DNA of 64,000 nt from a virus: positions 1 through 64,000 of the IMG/VR virus record IMGVR_UViG_3300020433_000002; one strand, written 5' to 3'. Positions 18,765-30,700 of this stretch are shown in pieces (within the stretch, counting starts at the first letter, position 1; every line of letters begins with the position of its first letter). The translations under genes were made by a program, and so were the position numbers. The notes beneath the pieces are model-generated. The model made no database searches, had not been told where the DNA came from, and saw nothing but the letters and a program-made list of their open reading frames with translations.

Positions 18765-21700
18765 ATGGCCATTAAGTTATCGGGTTCTACTATTATAGAT
18801 GATAGTAGGCAGATTATAAATGCGGGTAATGTCGGAATAGGAACGACAGACCCTACAGCAAAAGTAACAGCATCTAATACTGCAGTAGTGGCTGCTGGTG
18901 TTGGTACTTTTCATAAAGTATACGGTGATGGTAGTGAGTTAATCAATATTGGTTTAGGTGGTACAGATACTTGGAATCAAGATGCACAAGGTAACTTAGT
19001 TGCTGGTGTAGGTGCTGGTGTAGCGAGAGATAATGATACTTGTAGTAACCTTTTCATAGGATGTAAAGCTGGTGCTGCTGTAAATTCAGGAGATAGAAAT
19101 ATATTTCTTGGTTATTATGCAGCCAAAAATACATTTACATCAGGTAGTTGTAATATTGCTATTGGTGATGAAGCAGGAAAATGTGGTAACGGTAGTAATC
19201 AAGTCTTCTTAGGATCTGCTGCAGGATTCTGTATGAGTGGTAACGGTGGTGTTGCCATCGGTATGAATGCAGGTCGTCATAAGACTAGTGGTATAGCTAA
19301 CGTATTCATAGGTTGTTATGCTGGTTCATGTGGTGGTACTGATGGATGTACTACTATTGTTGGTGCTTTAGCAGGTAAATGTAGTGAAGGTGGTTGCAAT
19401 GCAATCTTTGGTGCTAGAGCAGGATTTAATAATGCATCAGGAGATTTTAATACATTTCTTGGCTTTGATGCAGCTTGTTCTTCTACTTCTGGTTCAAATA
19501 ATGTTGCTATTGGTAAGGCAGTTCAACTTCCTTCACTAACTGGTGATACACAATTAGCAATTGGTGCTGGTGCTACCACTTGGATTACTGGTAATGATAC
19601 TTTTAAGGTAGGTATAGGAACTACAACTTATACAGCTTCATTAAATGTTCATAAAGATATTGGTGGTTACCAAGTTTTAAGTGCAGAAGGTGAAGGATCC
19701 ACTACGCTTACAGTTATAACAATTGATAAAACTGCAAAGCACAGATATCCTAGTGGTGGAGGTTCTAGTACTAAAGGATATGAAATAGATGGTGCTGAAG
19801 CACCATACCTAACTCTAACACCAGGTAGAACATATAGATTTGAACAGTCTGATAGTAGTAATGATAATCATCCTTTAATATTTTATCTTACAGCTGATAA
19901 GAATACAGAATACACACAAGGTGTAAGTTATTATGCTGATGGTGCACGAACAAACTCTACAGATTTTAGTTCCAATTATAATTCAGCATCAGTTAGATAT
20001 ACAGAAATTACAGTAAGTGATGAGACACCTTTGGTGCTTCACTACCAGTGCTATAACCATGGTTACATGGGAAATGCTATTAGTTTCCCTAATAATGTTC
20101 TCAATACAAACTATCAATCAACCATTAGAGCAGACCTTCATGTTACTGGTATTGCTACTTTTGGTAGTGCATCACTTAAGTTAGATGGTAGTAATAATAT
20201 TATTAATGTTGGAGCAGCATTAACTCTTGGACATTCACAAGGTATTCAATATCATACTCAAAATTTACATGCTACTGGTTTCGAAGTTAATCAAATTAAT
20301 GCTTCAGGTATTACAACATTCACTGATCTAAAAGTTGGAACTGGTGCAACAATAGAATCGAATGGTAATGCAACTCTAGGTATTGTAACAGCAAAATCAT
20401 TCCATGGTAGTGGTGCAGGATTAACTGGTATCACAGCAGAATTTGATCCTGATGCACAAGAGAACTTATATGCTGGTACTGATGCTGGTAAATGTTCTGG
20501 TTCTGATAATTGTTATAATGTTGCTATTGGATATCATGCTGGTTGTAAGATAGGAAATAGTTCTTCTCAGGGTGATGATAACGTTTTCTTAGGTAGAGAA
20601 GCAGGTGTAAACGTTGATGCAGGTATAGCTAATATCCACATAGGTTACTTTGCAGGATGTCAGAATCAAAGTGGCCATAATAATGTGGCAGTTGGTAAGC
20701 AATCACTTAGATCACTCGCAACAGGCAATAATAACGTAGCACTTGGTAATCAGGCAGGATGTCTGTCTCAGGCTCAAGGCAATACCTTCTTGGGATCTTA
20801 TGCTGGTAGAAATTTAGTCTCTGGATGTTGTAATATTGTTATTGGTTGTGGAGCTCAAGTTCCACTTCCAAATGAAGATAAGCAATTAGCAATTGGTATT
20901 GCTGATAATAATTGGATCTACGGTAATGCTAACTGGAATGTTGGTATTGGAACAAATGATCCAGATGCTCCTGTTGGTGCTGGAGTTACTGCTAAGTTAT
21001 CGGTTGGTATTGTATCTGCCTTTGCTTACTATGGTGATGGTTCTAATTTAACTGGTCTTGTTGCTAGTGGACAAGGTATTCAAATTAGAGATAATGATTC
21101 TTTGATTGGTACTGCTGGAACAATAAACTTTTCTACAAACTTATCTGTCTCTGCTATTTCTGGTGCTGCTGTTACTATAACCAGTCAAGGATTATGGACT
21201 GCAGACGTACAAGAAAATTTATTTGCAGGAACTTGTGCAGGATATAATAGAGACGCAGATACCTGTTTCAATATTGGTATAGGTCAAAGTGCAGGTTACG
21301 CATTAAATGAAGGTGATGAGAATATCTTTATAGGTAGATGTTCAGGTACAAAAGCAACCGCAGCTAGCAATAATGTTTTCTTAGGATCACTCACTGGTGA
21401 ATGGGGTTTCATTGGTGAAGATAACGTTTATGCAGGAACTGCTGCTGGTAGATGTAAACAGGGTGGTAGTGAAAACGTTGCACTAGGCCCATTTGCATTA
21501 CTAGGTTCTTCAATACCAGGTCAGAACCAAGGTAATAGTAATATTGCTATTGGAATGAGAGCAGGTGCACTAGCACAAAATGGTAGTTGTAATGTTTTGA
21601 TAGGTAGAGATGCAGGTATCTGCATAGCCAATGGAAATGAGAACGTTGCAATCGGCCGTTCAGCAATGGGTAGTCAGGCTATTTCCAGTGATCATAATAT

Positions 21701-23624
21701 TGCAATTGGTTGTTTGGCTGGTATTAACATTACTAGCGGTAATAATAATATATTCTTGGGAAGACAGTCGGGTGGTCAAAATTCTGGTGGACTTACTCTT
21801 ACTGGTTCTTATAACGTAGCACTTGGTCGTGAAGCAGGATGTAACTTACAAGGTAGTACTGATGGTAACGTTTTTGTAGGAGGTTATGCAGGTAAGGTAA
21901 ACAGCACTGGTGATTTTAATATTGCACTTGGTTATAATGCGGGAAGTAATCATAGTACGGGTAATAAAAATATATCAATTGGATGTAACGTACATGTACC
22001 TCAGGATGCAGATACACAATTAGCAATTGGTATGGGTGCCACTCATTGGCTTACTGGTGATAATCAATTTAACTTAACTCTTGCTGGACTTTCAACTGCA
22101 AAAACTGATGGAACATTCCAAACTAACCAATTAATGGTAGGTGGTAACGTTGCTTCTGGTATTGCTACCTTTACTGGTTTATCGAATGTTCTGACTATTA
22201 ATTCTACATCATCAAATCCTGCAGCATTATTCCAACAGAGTGGTACTACCAAAGGAAGTATAGAAGCAAGATCTGATGGTATTAGATTACAAACCTCAGC
22301 TGATAACAGAACAATTATTGCAGCTAATACTAGTGGTGGTACTGCTGGTCTTGTAGAAGTTGAAACTTGGATAAATGGTTCAGGTAATTTAGTTAATAGT
22401 TTTGAAGTTACTGGTTTTGGTACTGTTACTGCTAAACATCAAGATAATGTAAGACTTAGAACTACTCTAGAGGGTATTGAACTTGCTGGTATAGTTACAG
22501 GTATTTCAACTATTAATTCAGGAATCGTAACTTACTATGGTGATGGTTCAAAACTACAAGGTGTTGCAGGTGGTCTTAATGTTCAGGATGAAGGTACTCC
22601 ATTAGCAACACAAGCAACCACTCTTAACTTTGAAGGTGCTGGTGTTGTTGCATCTGGTACTGGTGCAACTAAAACTATTACTATTTCTGGTGGTGGTGGA
22701 ACTGCTGCTTGGTCTCCTGATGATGATCAAAACTTATATGCTGGTACTAGAGCTGGTAGATGTTTAGATGGTACTAATGCTTGCTACAACGTCATGCTTG
22801 GTTGCAATGCTGGTCAAGCAACTGATTCTGGTGCTGAGAATATATTTGTAGGTAGGGGTGCAGGTTTTGGTAACGAAGGTGGTGATTATAATATTTTCCT
22901 AGGCTCTTATGCAGGTAAATGCAATACTACTGGCTATGGTAACGTATTGTTTGGTAAAGAAGTTGGATTCTGTTTAACTACAGGTATTCATAACTTCTAT
23001 GCACTAGAAAGAGCAGGTAGTAACGCTTATCAAGGTTGCGATAACATTGCAATAGGTAGGTGTGCTGGTTATGAAATGATGGCCAATGATAACATTCTCT
23101 TAGGCCGAAATGCTGGTAGAGGACAAGTCTTTGGTAGTCGAAACGTTATCATCGGTATGGATGCTGGTAGATGTGGTGACGCTGGTGATAATAATGTAAT
23201 GATTGGTTGCAATGCAGGTCGTTGTAACCAAGGAACAGGTAACGTATTCTTAGGCCATAATACTGGTTCTGCTGTTACTAGTGCTAGTGGTAACGTTGTT
23301 ATTGGTTGCAATGTATCACTTGCATCTTCTGTTCAGGATCATCAACTAGCAATTGGTGTTGGTAATACAAACTGGATCACTGGTATTGAGAACTACAACC
23401 TCGGTATCGGAAGTGATAGACCAAGAACTGCTCTTGATGTTGCTGGAACGGTAGCAACAAGAACGTTCTTCCAGAATGAAGTTGAATTGCGTACTAGTGA
23501 AACCTTCCCTAAAGAAGGTGGCCCAGTAAATGGAGGTGTATTTGGCCCATACACTATCGGAACTGGTGCTTGTCTTACTATTGGGCCTGGGTCTACATTT
23601 ACTATCATTGGAATACCTGAATAA
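18765..23624 (+). CDS. Large tail fibre with four Cys-rich repeat modules and a cupredoxin-like domain
   Basis: Four capped repeat blocks; HP...YQCYNHGYMG domain; GAGGA RBS. Confidence 0.8.
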   Translation: MAIKLSGSTIIDDSRQIINAGNVGIGTTDPTAKVTASNTAVVAAGVGTFHKVYGDGSELINIGLGGTDTWNQDAQGNLVAGVGAGVARDNDTCSNLFIGCKAGAAVNSGDRNIFLGYYAAKNTFTSGSCNIAIGDEAGKCGNGSNQVFLGSAAGFCMSGNGGVAIGMNAGRHKTSGIANVFIGCYAGSCGGTDGCTTIVGALAGKCSEGGCNAIFGARAGFNNASGDFNTFLGFDAACSSTSGSNNVAIGKAVQLPSLTGDTQLAIGAGATTWITGNDTFKVGIGTTTYTASLNVHKDIGGYQVLSAEGEGSTTLTVITIDKTAKHRYPSGGGSSTKGYEIDGAEAPYLTLTPGRTYRFEQSDSSNDNHPLIFYLTADKNTEYTQGVSYYADGARTNSTDFSSNYNSASVRYTEITVSDETPLVLHYQCYNHGYMGNAISFPNNVLNTNYQSTIRADLHVTGIATFGSASLKLDGSNNIINVGAALTLGHSQGIQYHTQNLHATGFEVNQINASGITTFTDLKVGTGATIESNGNATLGIVTAKSFHGSGAGLTGITAEFDPDAQENLYAGTDAGKCSGSDNCYNVAIGYHAGCKIGNSSSQGDDNVFLGREAGVNVDAGIANIHIGYFAGCQNQSGHNNVAVGKQSLRSLATGNNNVALGNQAGCLSQAQGNTFLGSYAGRNLVSGCCNIVIGCGAQVPLPNEDKQLAIGIADNNWIYGNANWNVGIGTNDPDAPVGAGVTAKLSVGIVSAFAYYGDGSNLTGLVASGQGIQIRDNDSLIGTAGTINFSTNLSVSAISGAAVTITSQGLWTADVQENLFAGTCAGYNRDADTCFNIGIGQSAGYALNEGDENIFIGRCSGTKATAASNNVFLGSLTGEWGFIGEDNVYAGTAAGRCKQGGSENVALGPFALLGSSIPGQNQGNSNIAIGMRAGALAQNGSCNVLIGRDAGICIANGNENVAIGRSAMGSQAISSDHNIAIGCLAGINITSGNNNIFLGRQSGGQNSGGLTLTGSYNVALGREAGCNLQGSTDGNVFVGGYAGKVNSTGDFNIALGYNAGSNHSTGNKNISIGCNVHVPQDADTQLAIGMGATHWLTGDNQFNLTLAGLSTAKTDGTFQTNQLMVGGNVASGIATFTGLSNVLTINSTSSNPAALFQQSGTTKGSIEARSDGIRLQTSADNRTIIAANTSGGTAGLVEVETWINGSGNLVNSFEVTGFGTVTAKHQDNVRLRTTLEGIELAGIVTGISTINSGIVTYYGDGSKLQGVAGGLNVQDEGTPLATQATTLNFEGAGVVASGTGATKTITISGGGGTAAWSPDDDQNLYAGTRAGRCLDGTNACYNVMLGCNAGQATDSGAENIFVGRGAGFGNEGGDYNIFLGSYAGKCNTTGYGNVLFGKEVGFCLTTGIHNFYALERAGSNAYQGCDNIAIGRCAGYEMMANDNILLGRNAGRGQVFGSRNVIIGMDAGRCGDAGDNNVMIGCNAGRCNQGTGNVFLGHNTGSAVTSASGNVVIGCNVSLASSVQDHQLAIGVGNTNWITGIENYNLGIGSDRPRTALDVAGTVATRTFFQNEVELRTSETFPKEGGPVNGGVFGPYTIGTGACLTIGPGSTFTIIGIPE

Positions 23625-23648
23625 ATAATAAAACAATTGAAATAGATT

Positions 23649-24188
23649 ATGAGTACTTTAGTTCTTAAGGGAGACATCTCTGGGTTCACAAAATTGCAGG
23701 CCCAAGATCAAGCATCATGTAAGATATTGAAATTACCTAATACAGGTAGCTTTAAATGGGAAAGTTACGCAATAGTATTGGATAAAAAAAATTCTGGTAC
23801 TACTAGTGGTACTTTCACTAGAGGTTCTTGGGAAACAAGAGATTTGATTACAAAGACAGATATAGATAATATTATATCTCTCTCTAATAATCAATTTACA
23901 TTAGGTGCAGGTAGATATTTAATTAAATGGTCAGCACCTGTATATAATGTAGATGGTCATCAAACTAGATTAAGAAACATGAGTGACCTGACTACAGACA
24001 TTATTGGTTCTTCAGAATCTGATAACTCAAGATCTTTTGGTGCTGGTGTTGTAACTATTCTTGAAAATAAAACTTTTGAGATACAACACAGATCAGAAAC
24101 TACTGTAACTGATAATGGATTTGGTTTTAATTTAGATTTTGGTGAGGATAATATTTTCACCGTGGTTGAAGTATATAAAGAGTCGTGA
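23649..24188 (+). CDS. Putative fibre-associated protein
   Basis: Late box at 23621; beta-sandwich-like NNQFTLGAGRYLI segment. Confidence 0.6.
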   Translation: MSTLVLKGDISGFTKLQAQDQASCKILKLPNTGSFKWESYAIVLDKKNSGTTSGTFTRGSWETRDLITKTDIDNIISLSNNQFTLGAGRYLIKWSAPVYNVDGHQTRLRNMSDLTTDIIGSSESDNSRSFGAGVVTILENKTFEIQHRSETTVTDNGFGFNLDFGEDNIFTVVEVYKES

Positions 24189-24274
24189 ATGATGCAGTTT
24201 CTAAAACCAATAAATAGTAAAAACTGGTTAAATCTAACCACTATTGTATAAATAGACAAAGGTATTCAGAGAAT

Positions 24275-24679
24275 ATGGGAGTTCTAAACGCAGATAGAGT
24301 TAACGCTGGTATTTTCAGTGGTGACGGTTCCCTACTGTCTAATGTAACAGCAGTTGGAACTGGACTAGCGGTAGAAAATAGTGGTGTATTAGTTGGAACT
24401 GCACTTACACTTGACTTCAATACAGGTGTTGACGTTCAATTTAGTGGTGGTATTGCTACTATTACTAGTCAGGCAGCAACTTGGCAGGGTAACCAAAGTG
24501 GTACGTTCACCTTAAATTCAGTTGGTATTGGTACAACCAACGCACAATCAGTCGCAGGTGTTGCAAATACGTCACAACTAACTGTGGGTATTGTCTCATG
24601 CTATCAAATTTTTGAAGACTCACAACGTCTTGCAAAAGAAGCAAATGTTATAGTTTATGCTGTAGCACTGGGTGGCTAA
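24275..24679 (+). CDS. Short fibre-like protein
   Basis: FSGDGSLLSNV, VGIGTT, VGIVS motifs; ends VALGG like ORF 7787 (LALGGD); TATAAATA at 24247. Confidence 0.65.
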   Translation: MGVLNADRVNAGIFSGDGSLLSNVTAVGTGLAVENSGVLVGTALTLDFNTGVDVQFSGGIATITSQAATWQGNQSGTFTLNSVGIGTTNAQSVAGVANTSQLTVGIVSCYQIFEDSQRLAKEANVIVYAVALGG

Positions 24680-24720
24680 TCCATCTATAAATAAAACAAG
24701 GACAGGGGTATCTGTAAGAA

Positions 24721-27700
24721 ATGGCAAAACATCTAATTTATAACTATACTTTCACACCAGGCACTAGTCTGAATGGTACGATAGTTGTTGAAGGTAATTA
24801 TCCTGTTAGAACTTGGCAGTTAGTTACAAATACAGGAACAGCAGGTGATTATAATCATACTTTCGTAAGAGACGACCTTGCTTCTACTACGGGTGCGATT
24901 GATATTATAAGTGGAGGTAGCGGAGGTAACCTTACAGTTGCTGAATCAGGTACAAGTTATGATCCTATTTCAGGTATCATGACTGTGACTACAACTACTA
25001 GCCATGGTCTAGTTAATGGTGATACTATACAATTCCGTCAAGATTCACTTATCTTTACTTGTGAGAAGGACGGAAACAACGCAGAGAAATCATATCCAAG
25101 AACAACTGACCCTACTTTTGGCCAGAATATAGTAATTACTAAAGTTGATGCTGATACATTTACTTGTTTTGTATCTGATGCGTCAACAGATAACGAAATA
25201 ATATATAACTTCTCTGATAAGACTTTATCTGGATCAACATATTATAATAGTGTACTTGATACAACTACAATGACGTTGCTTGCGGATACATCCGATATGG
25301 ATTACCGTGATGAACTACAGATCTTTGTAGATAAACAACATTCAGAGATAGAATTTTCAGAAACTTTTATTGACCCTGTAAGTAAATTAAGAGTTTCTAA
25401 TCCACAAAACTTAATTGATACCGACTTTGAGTATGGACTACAACCAACAAAGTGGGAGACTATAGAGCTTGTAAATCAGGTTCCATCATTCTATTCTAAT
25501 TCATCAGACTACTCTATTGCAGACGTTACTTCTGTTGAAACTTTCCAAGATAGTACAAACGTCACTGTAAATACTATTGCTGATCATGGATTAGTGGTTG
25601 GTGCACCTATTGATGTTCAAGGTCTTTCTTCTAGAACAGCAGAAGGAAAGTATCTTATAACAGCAGTTCCTTCTGATAACTCATTCGTTTATAGAGCAAC
25701 AAAAAAACAAGAAAAAACAGGAAGAATTGATGGTAGTTATACTGTTATTACACCAGGTCAGTTCTATAATGGATCTGAAATTCAATATAACGAAGAGATT
25801 GGAATTGAAACAGATGGTGCTGAACCATCCACACTAAAATTATTCACCAATTATGTTCATGGATTTGTTGCAGGTTCTAGTTTATACTTTACTAATACTA
25901 TTGGATCTCTAAAATATACAATAGAAGAGACTGCAACTGATATTGCTCCTGATGGTAGACCTTATGTTGATTTCTCAAACACAGCAACTGTAAACTTTAA
26001 CCCAGATATTTCACAGACAGAAACAAGAGTAAAGAGATCTACTTATACTAGGAAATTTAAGACTGGTGATGTTGATACTGCTAATAATGCAATTTCATGG
26101 CCAAATCATAGATTAAGACAGGGTGATGCTGTTCTTTATTCTCCTCCTGCAGGAGACGCAGCAGTTGGTGGACTACAAAGATTCCAAATTTATTACATTA
26201 AAGATTCTTCTAATCCAAATGCTGTTACCTTATGTGAAACTACAAACGGACAGTTTAATAATAACGCAGAAATTAATATAACAAGTGCAGGTACCTCTTC
26301 TTATGGATACCATGCCTTGATGTTATGTTATGAAATGGGTAGGGTCTATAGTTATTCTGGATATCAAACTAGAATATACAGTAGAAGATATTACTTTGGT
26401 AGTGGTTCTGGTTGGGATTTAACCAACTACAGCATAGGTTATAATAGCGGTAGATGGGTCGGTATTGGTGGCCAACGTCCTGGTTATATTATGATGATGG
26501 ATAAGAAGACATCTACAGAACTTAATTATAACTCATTTAAAGATCCTATTTATTCTACACGTTCTAACTCAAACTTTACCTTCAATAAAGGTGGAACTGT
26601 ACCTGATGGATATGAATTCACAGAAGACTGGCAGAGATGGGATCAATATTCTACTACAGGAGATGGTACTGAGAACCAAGTATATGCTACTTATGGTAGA
26701 GCAATTGTCTATCAGGCACATGACTATAGAAGTAGTTACAGCAACCAGTATGGTGGAAACTACAGTAGTGGTGGTAGATGGTTCTGGATGTATCTAACAG
26801 ATGATGGTGAAGCAGATTCATTCTTCTTTGCTAACCATGGTTTAGAAGATCAAAGTAGTTTGACTGTTACTGTAGGTTCTGGTGCATCTATTAGGTATAG
26901 AACTGATGCTGGTACTACTTATAATACAACACCTGAATTTGGATACATTGGTTCTGGAACAACTCATAGTATTACTGTTGTTGGTGATGATAGATTCAAA
27001 ATTAATACTGCATTAAGATTAAGCAGTGCTTCAGGAAGTTACACATTTGCTGGTGAGGGTAATAACCCACTTAAGAACTCTTTCTACATTAATGACTCAA
27101 GAATAACCAACAGACAAATGGGAACTATTGGTGTTGGTGTTGGTGGTTCTATTCCTACTTCACTATCTGGCCCTGTTGTACCAACTGTTGAAACTATTGA
27201 TGTTGTTCATGAATCAGTGAAGGCCAAGATGGATGTTGTTAGAGGTCAAACTGGTGGTGATGCTATCAGAATGCTTTATGATAGTAGTAATAATAATGGA
27301 TATGCACCATTCCAAAGTTGGAATAGTAATGTAGATGGTGGTTATCAGTATGTCTCACACTACAGATATAATATGTACATATATCTGATGAATACTTCTG
27401 GATCTACAAATAGTTACTACAGTGGAAATTTGAGTAGTAAACCAAAGTTTGGAACTGGTACCAGACAAGATTTATTCTCAACAACAGGTCTTGCTGGTTT
27501 GGGATTTGATATGATTGAGACACCATATACCAATAATACATATACAAATTACTGGTATAGTATTAAACAATTCCCTGATCTAAGCAATATTGGTTTGACT
27601 GTTAATGGATTACCTGTTAACAGAGCTAGATGGGACTGGTCTAGTTATTGGAGTTACTGTCAGGGTACTTATGGTCAAGTTAACTCTAACCAAAATGCTA

Positions 27701-30700
27701 ACTATACCAATTATGATACATCAATTGGTAATGGTTGGAGATATAACTACGTAGCGAAGTACACATATGGTAGTAACTATAATGATTACATCCAGATGGC
27801 TTTGGTTATTGATAATAGCAACTGGCCTGGTTACTATAATAATATTAATGGAAGTCATTACTATACTCCTTGGTATAGTCTACAACCAAGAGATTACTGT
27901 TATGGTGGTCAGAGATATGTTATTGATATGGTATGGCCTCTTAATAGAAACACTACTAACAGTAAGTATGGCCCTTCAGGTAGTACACTTACTCATGCTC
28001 AGATAGCAAACACCATTGCAACAGGTATTGCAGCTAGTATGACCAGTACAGAATTAACTGCTGGTGTAGTTCAATTTGAACAACTCAATTCTGTTAGATT
28101 TGCATTGAGAGATCCTAACGATACTCAGTATGATATTACCAATCCAGGTATGACTCCATTGGTATTCACTACATTAGAATCAACAGGTGGTGTTGACGGT
28201 TTCTATGGTATTGATGTTGTTGGTGCTGGTGGTACTCAAATGCAATCCTTCTCCTCAGGATTAATTCCTAAGAGAGAAATTGGATTTACTTCTACTGCAG
28301 TTGAGGAATTGAGTAGTGTAATGTACATTAATCTTCCTAACCATAAGATGCAGAACAACCAAAGGTTTGTCTTTGGTACTGATGGAAGTGGAGTGGTACC
28401 AGGATTAACTGGTGATTCTACTTACCATGCTCTTGTAAGTGGCCCAGATCACATACAGGTAGCAGATAGTCCAGACGGAGCACCAATTGGTATTGGAACA
28501 ACAGATGCTGGTAACTTTACATTAACGGTTCCATCGGTAGCAGGAATTTCATCTGCTGTTGGTACTGTTGCTATCTCAACTGTTTCCCCAACAATCACTG
28601 GAACAGACACACTATTCAGAAGATTCTTCAAGGCAGGTGACTCCTTTAAGGTTAATGATACAACCATATCACCACCAACATATACAGAATTTATTGTTGA
28701 CTCGGTGATTGATGATACTAACTTAACCGTTACAACTCAACCAACATCTGGTATTACAACCACACAATATTATGTTACAACCAAGATTAACACTCGACCA
28801 GATGGTGCTTTCTTACACAGACCATTTGACGGTGGAGTTGAGATTGATGCTGGTACATCACCGAATAGTTCAATTGTAAGACAGACACGTAAGTATTTCC
28901 GTTATCAGTCAGGTAAAGGTATTCAGTGTTCATTAGCGATTAACTTTAACCCATCCAGAGTAGCAACAGCACTCGTAAGTAGTGGAAACACTGCACTACC
29001 TAGTGAGGTGTACAGATTTAATCTTAATAATAATGAAGGAAACTCTTGGAACGTTTCTGGTGCTGCTAGAGATGGACAAATCTTTGGTGAAAACCCTCCA
29101 ATCAATATCGTTAAAGGAGATTACCTCACCTTTACTGTTAATGCACCAGGCCAACCTCTTTGGATTAAGACTGCTCCAAGCACTGGAGTAGGTAATTCTG
29201 TTGCTGCTGTTGGTAATGGTACTGATTCTGGTACAATTACATTACAGACAGATGGATTAGGTATCGGAACTTACTACTATCAAAGTGAAAACTCTGCTCC
29301 TATGGGTGGACTTATAAACATTGAGGCAGTTGGTTCAGCAACAACAATCGCTAAAGTAACTACCAAATATCCTCATGGTATAACCAGAGTTAACAAAGTA
29401 ACAATTAAAGGATCTGAAGATCAAGCATACAACGGAACTTTCCAAGTTAGAGCATCTACAGACTTTACCTTTAGATACTACATAACTGATGCTACTACAA
29501 CTAGTGTTCCAAATGGTATTATTGAATATAATATTGACTCATGGCAAAATAGTAAGGTTCGTTGTGGACTATTTGATTATCAGAACGGAATGTTCTTCGA
29601 ATTTGATGGTGAAACCTTATGGGCAGTAAGAAGATCCTCAGTTCAACAGTTACCTGGTACTGGTGCTGTTACTAAAGGAAGTAACATTATGAATGGTACT
29701 GATACTAACTTCACAGGTCAACTAGTTGTTGGTGATAAGATTGTAATCAGAGGTCAGAGTCATAGAGTTACTCATATTCCAGATAAGACTACACTTCATA
29801 TGCAACCATCATATCAAGGTGTTGATGCTGCTGATATTATTATCACGAAGACAATTGATGTTAGAATTCAACAAACTGAATGGAATATTGATAAGGCAGA
29901 TGGTACAGGGCCTTCAGGATTCTTATTAGATCTAACTAAGATTCAGATGTGCTACCTTGATTACTCTTGGTACGGTGCTGGTAAGATTAGATTTGGATTT
30001 AAAGATACCTATGGTCACGTTAAGTACATGCATGAATTCCGTCACAACAACAGACTGGAAGAAGCATACATGAGAACTGGTAACATTGCTGGTAGATATG
30101 AGATTGAGAACGAAGGAATTCCAACTTATGTTCCATCACTGTTCCACTGGGGTACTTCAATCATTATGGATGGTAAGTTTGACGATGATAAAGCGTACTT
30201 ATTTACTGCTCCATCTAAGACACTAGTGTTTACAAACGGTGACTCTAACGCTGTTACTACAAACGGTAACTCTGCTCTAACATATAGAGGTGGTTACTAT
30301 AGAGATTACTATGTAAGAATTCCATTCAACCAAAGTGATCAGGGTAAGTTTAGTTCTGGTGCTGCACTTTATACCGCAGACTTAGCATTGAATGGTACAA
30401 ATGCAACACCTTATCCACACATTATAGATTACACTGACTTTAATGGTGGTAACTTCAACGTTTACATATACGTAGGATCATACTATCGCTGGCAGACACC
30501 TGGTACATATCCATATGTTGCAAGCGGAACTGCAGTTAACGTTGGTGCTCCTGCATCTGGTGCTGCTGATGATGAACTAGTTAACAAGATTCCACTTGTA
30601 AGTATCCGTCTTGCACCATCTGTTGATAACAACCTCACAGGTGCCTTAGGAGCAAGAGAAATTGTTAACAGAATGCAATTACAGATGAAGTCTTTGGGTA

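Noticed and set aside
16900-23420. CRISPR-like or DNA tandem array
   Set aside because: Periodicity is at the protein level (14 aa) with degenerate codons inside open frames; no constant repeat-spacer pattern.
26300-27950. Diversity-generating retroelement target (AAT/TAT-rich fibre segments)
   Set aside because: No template repeat with adenine-specific mismatches and no reverse transcriptase seen in the window.
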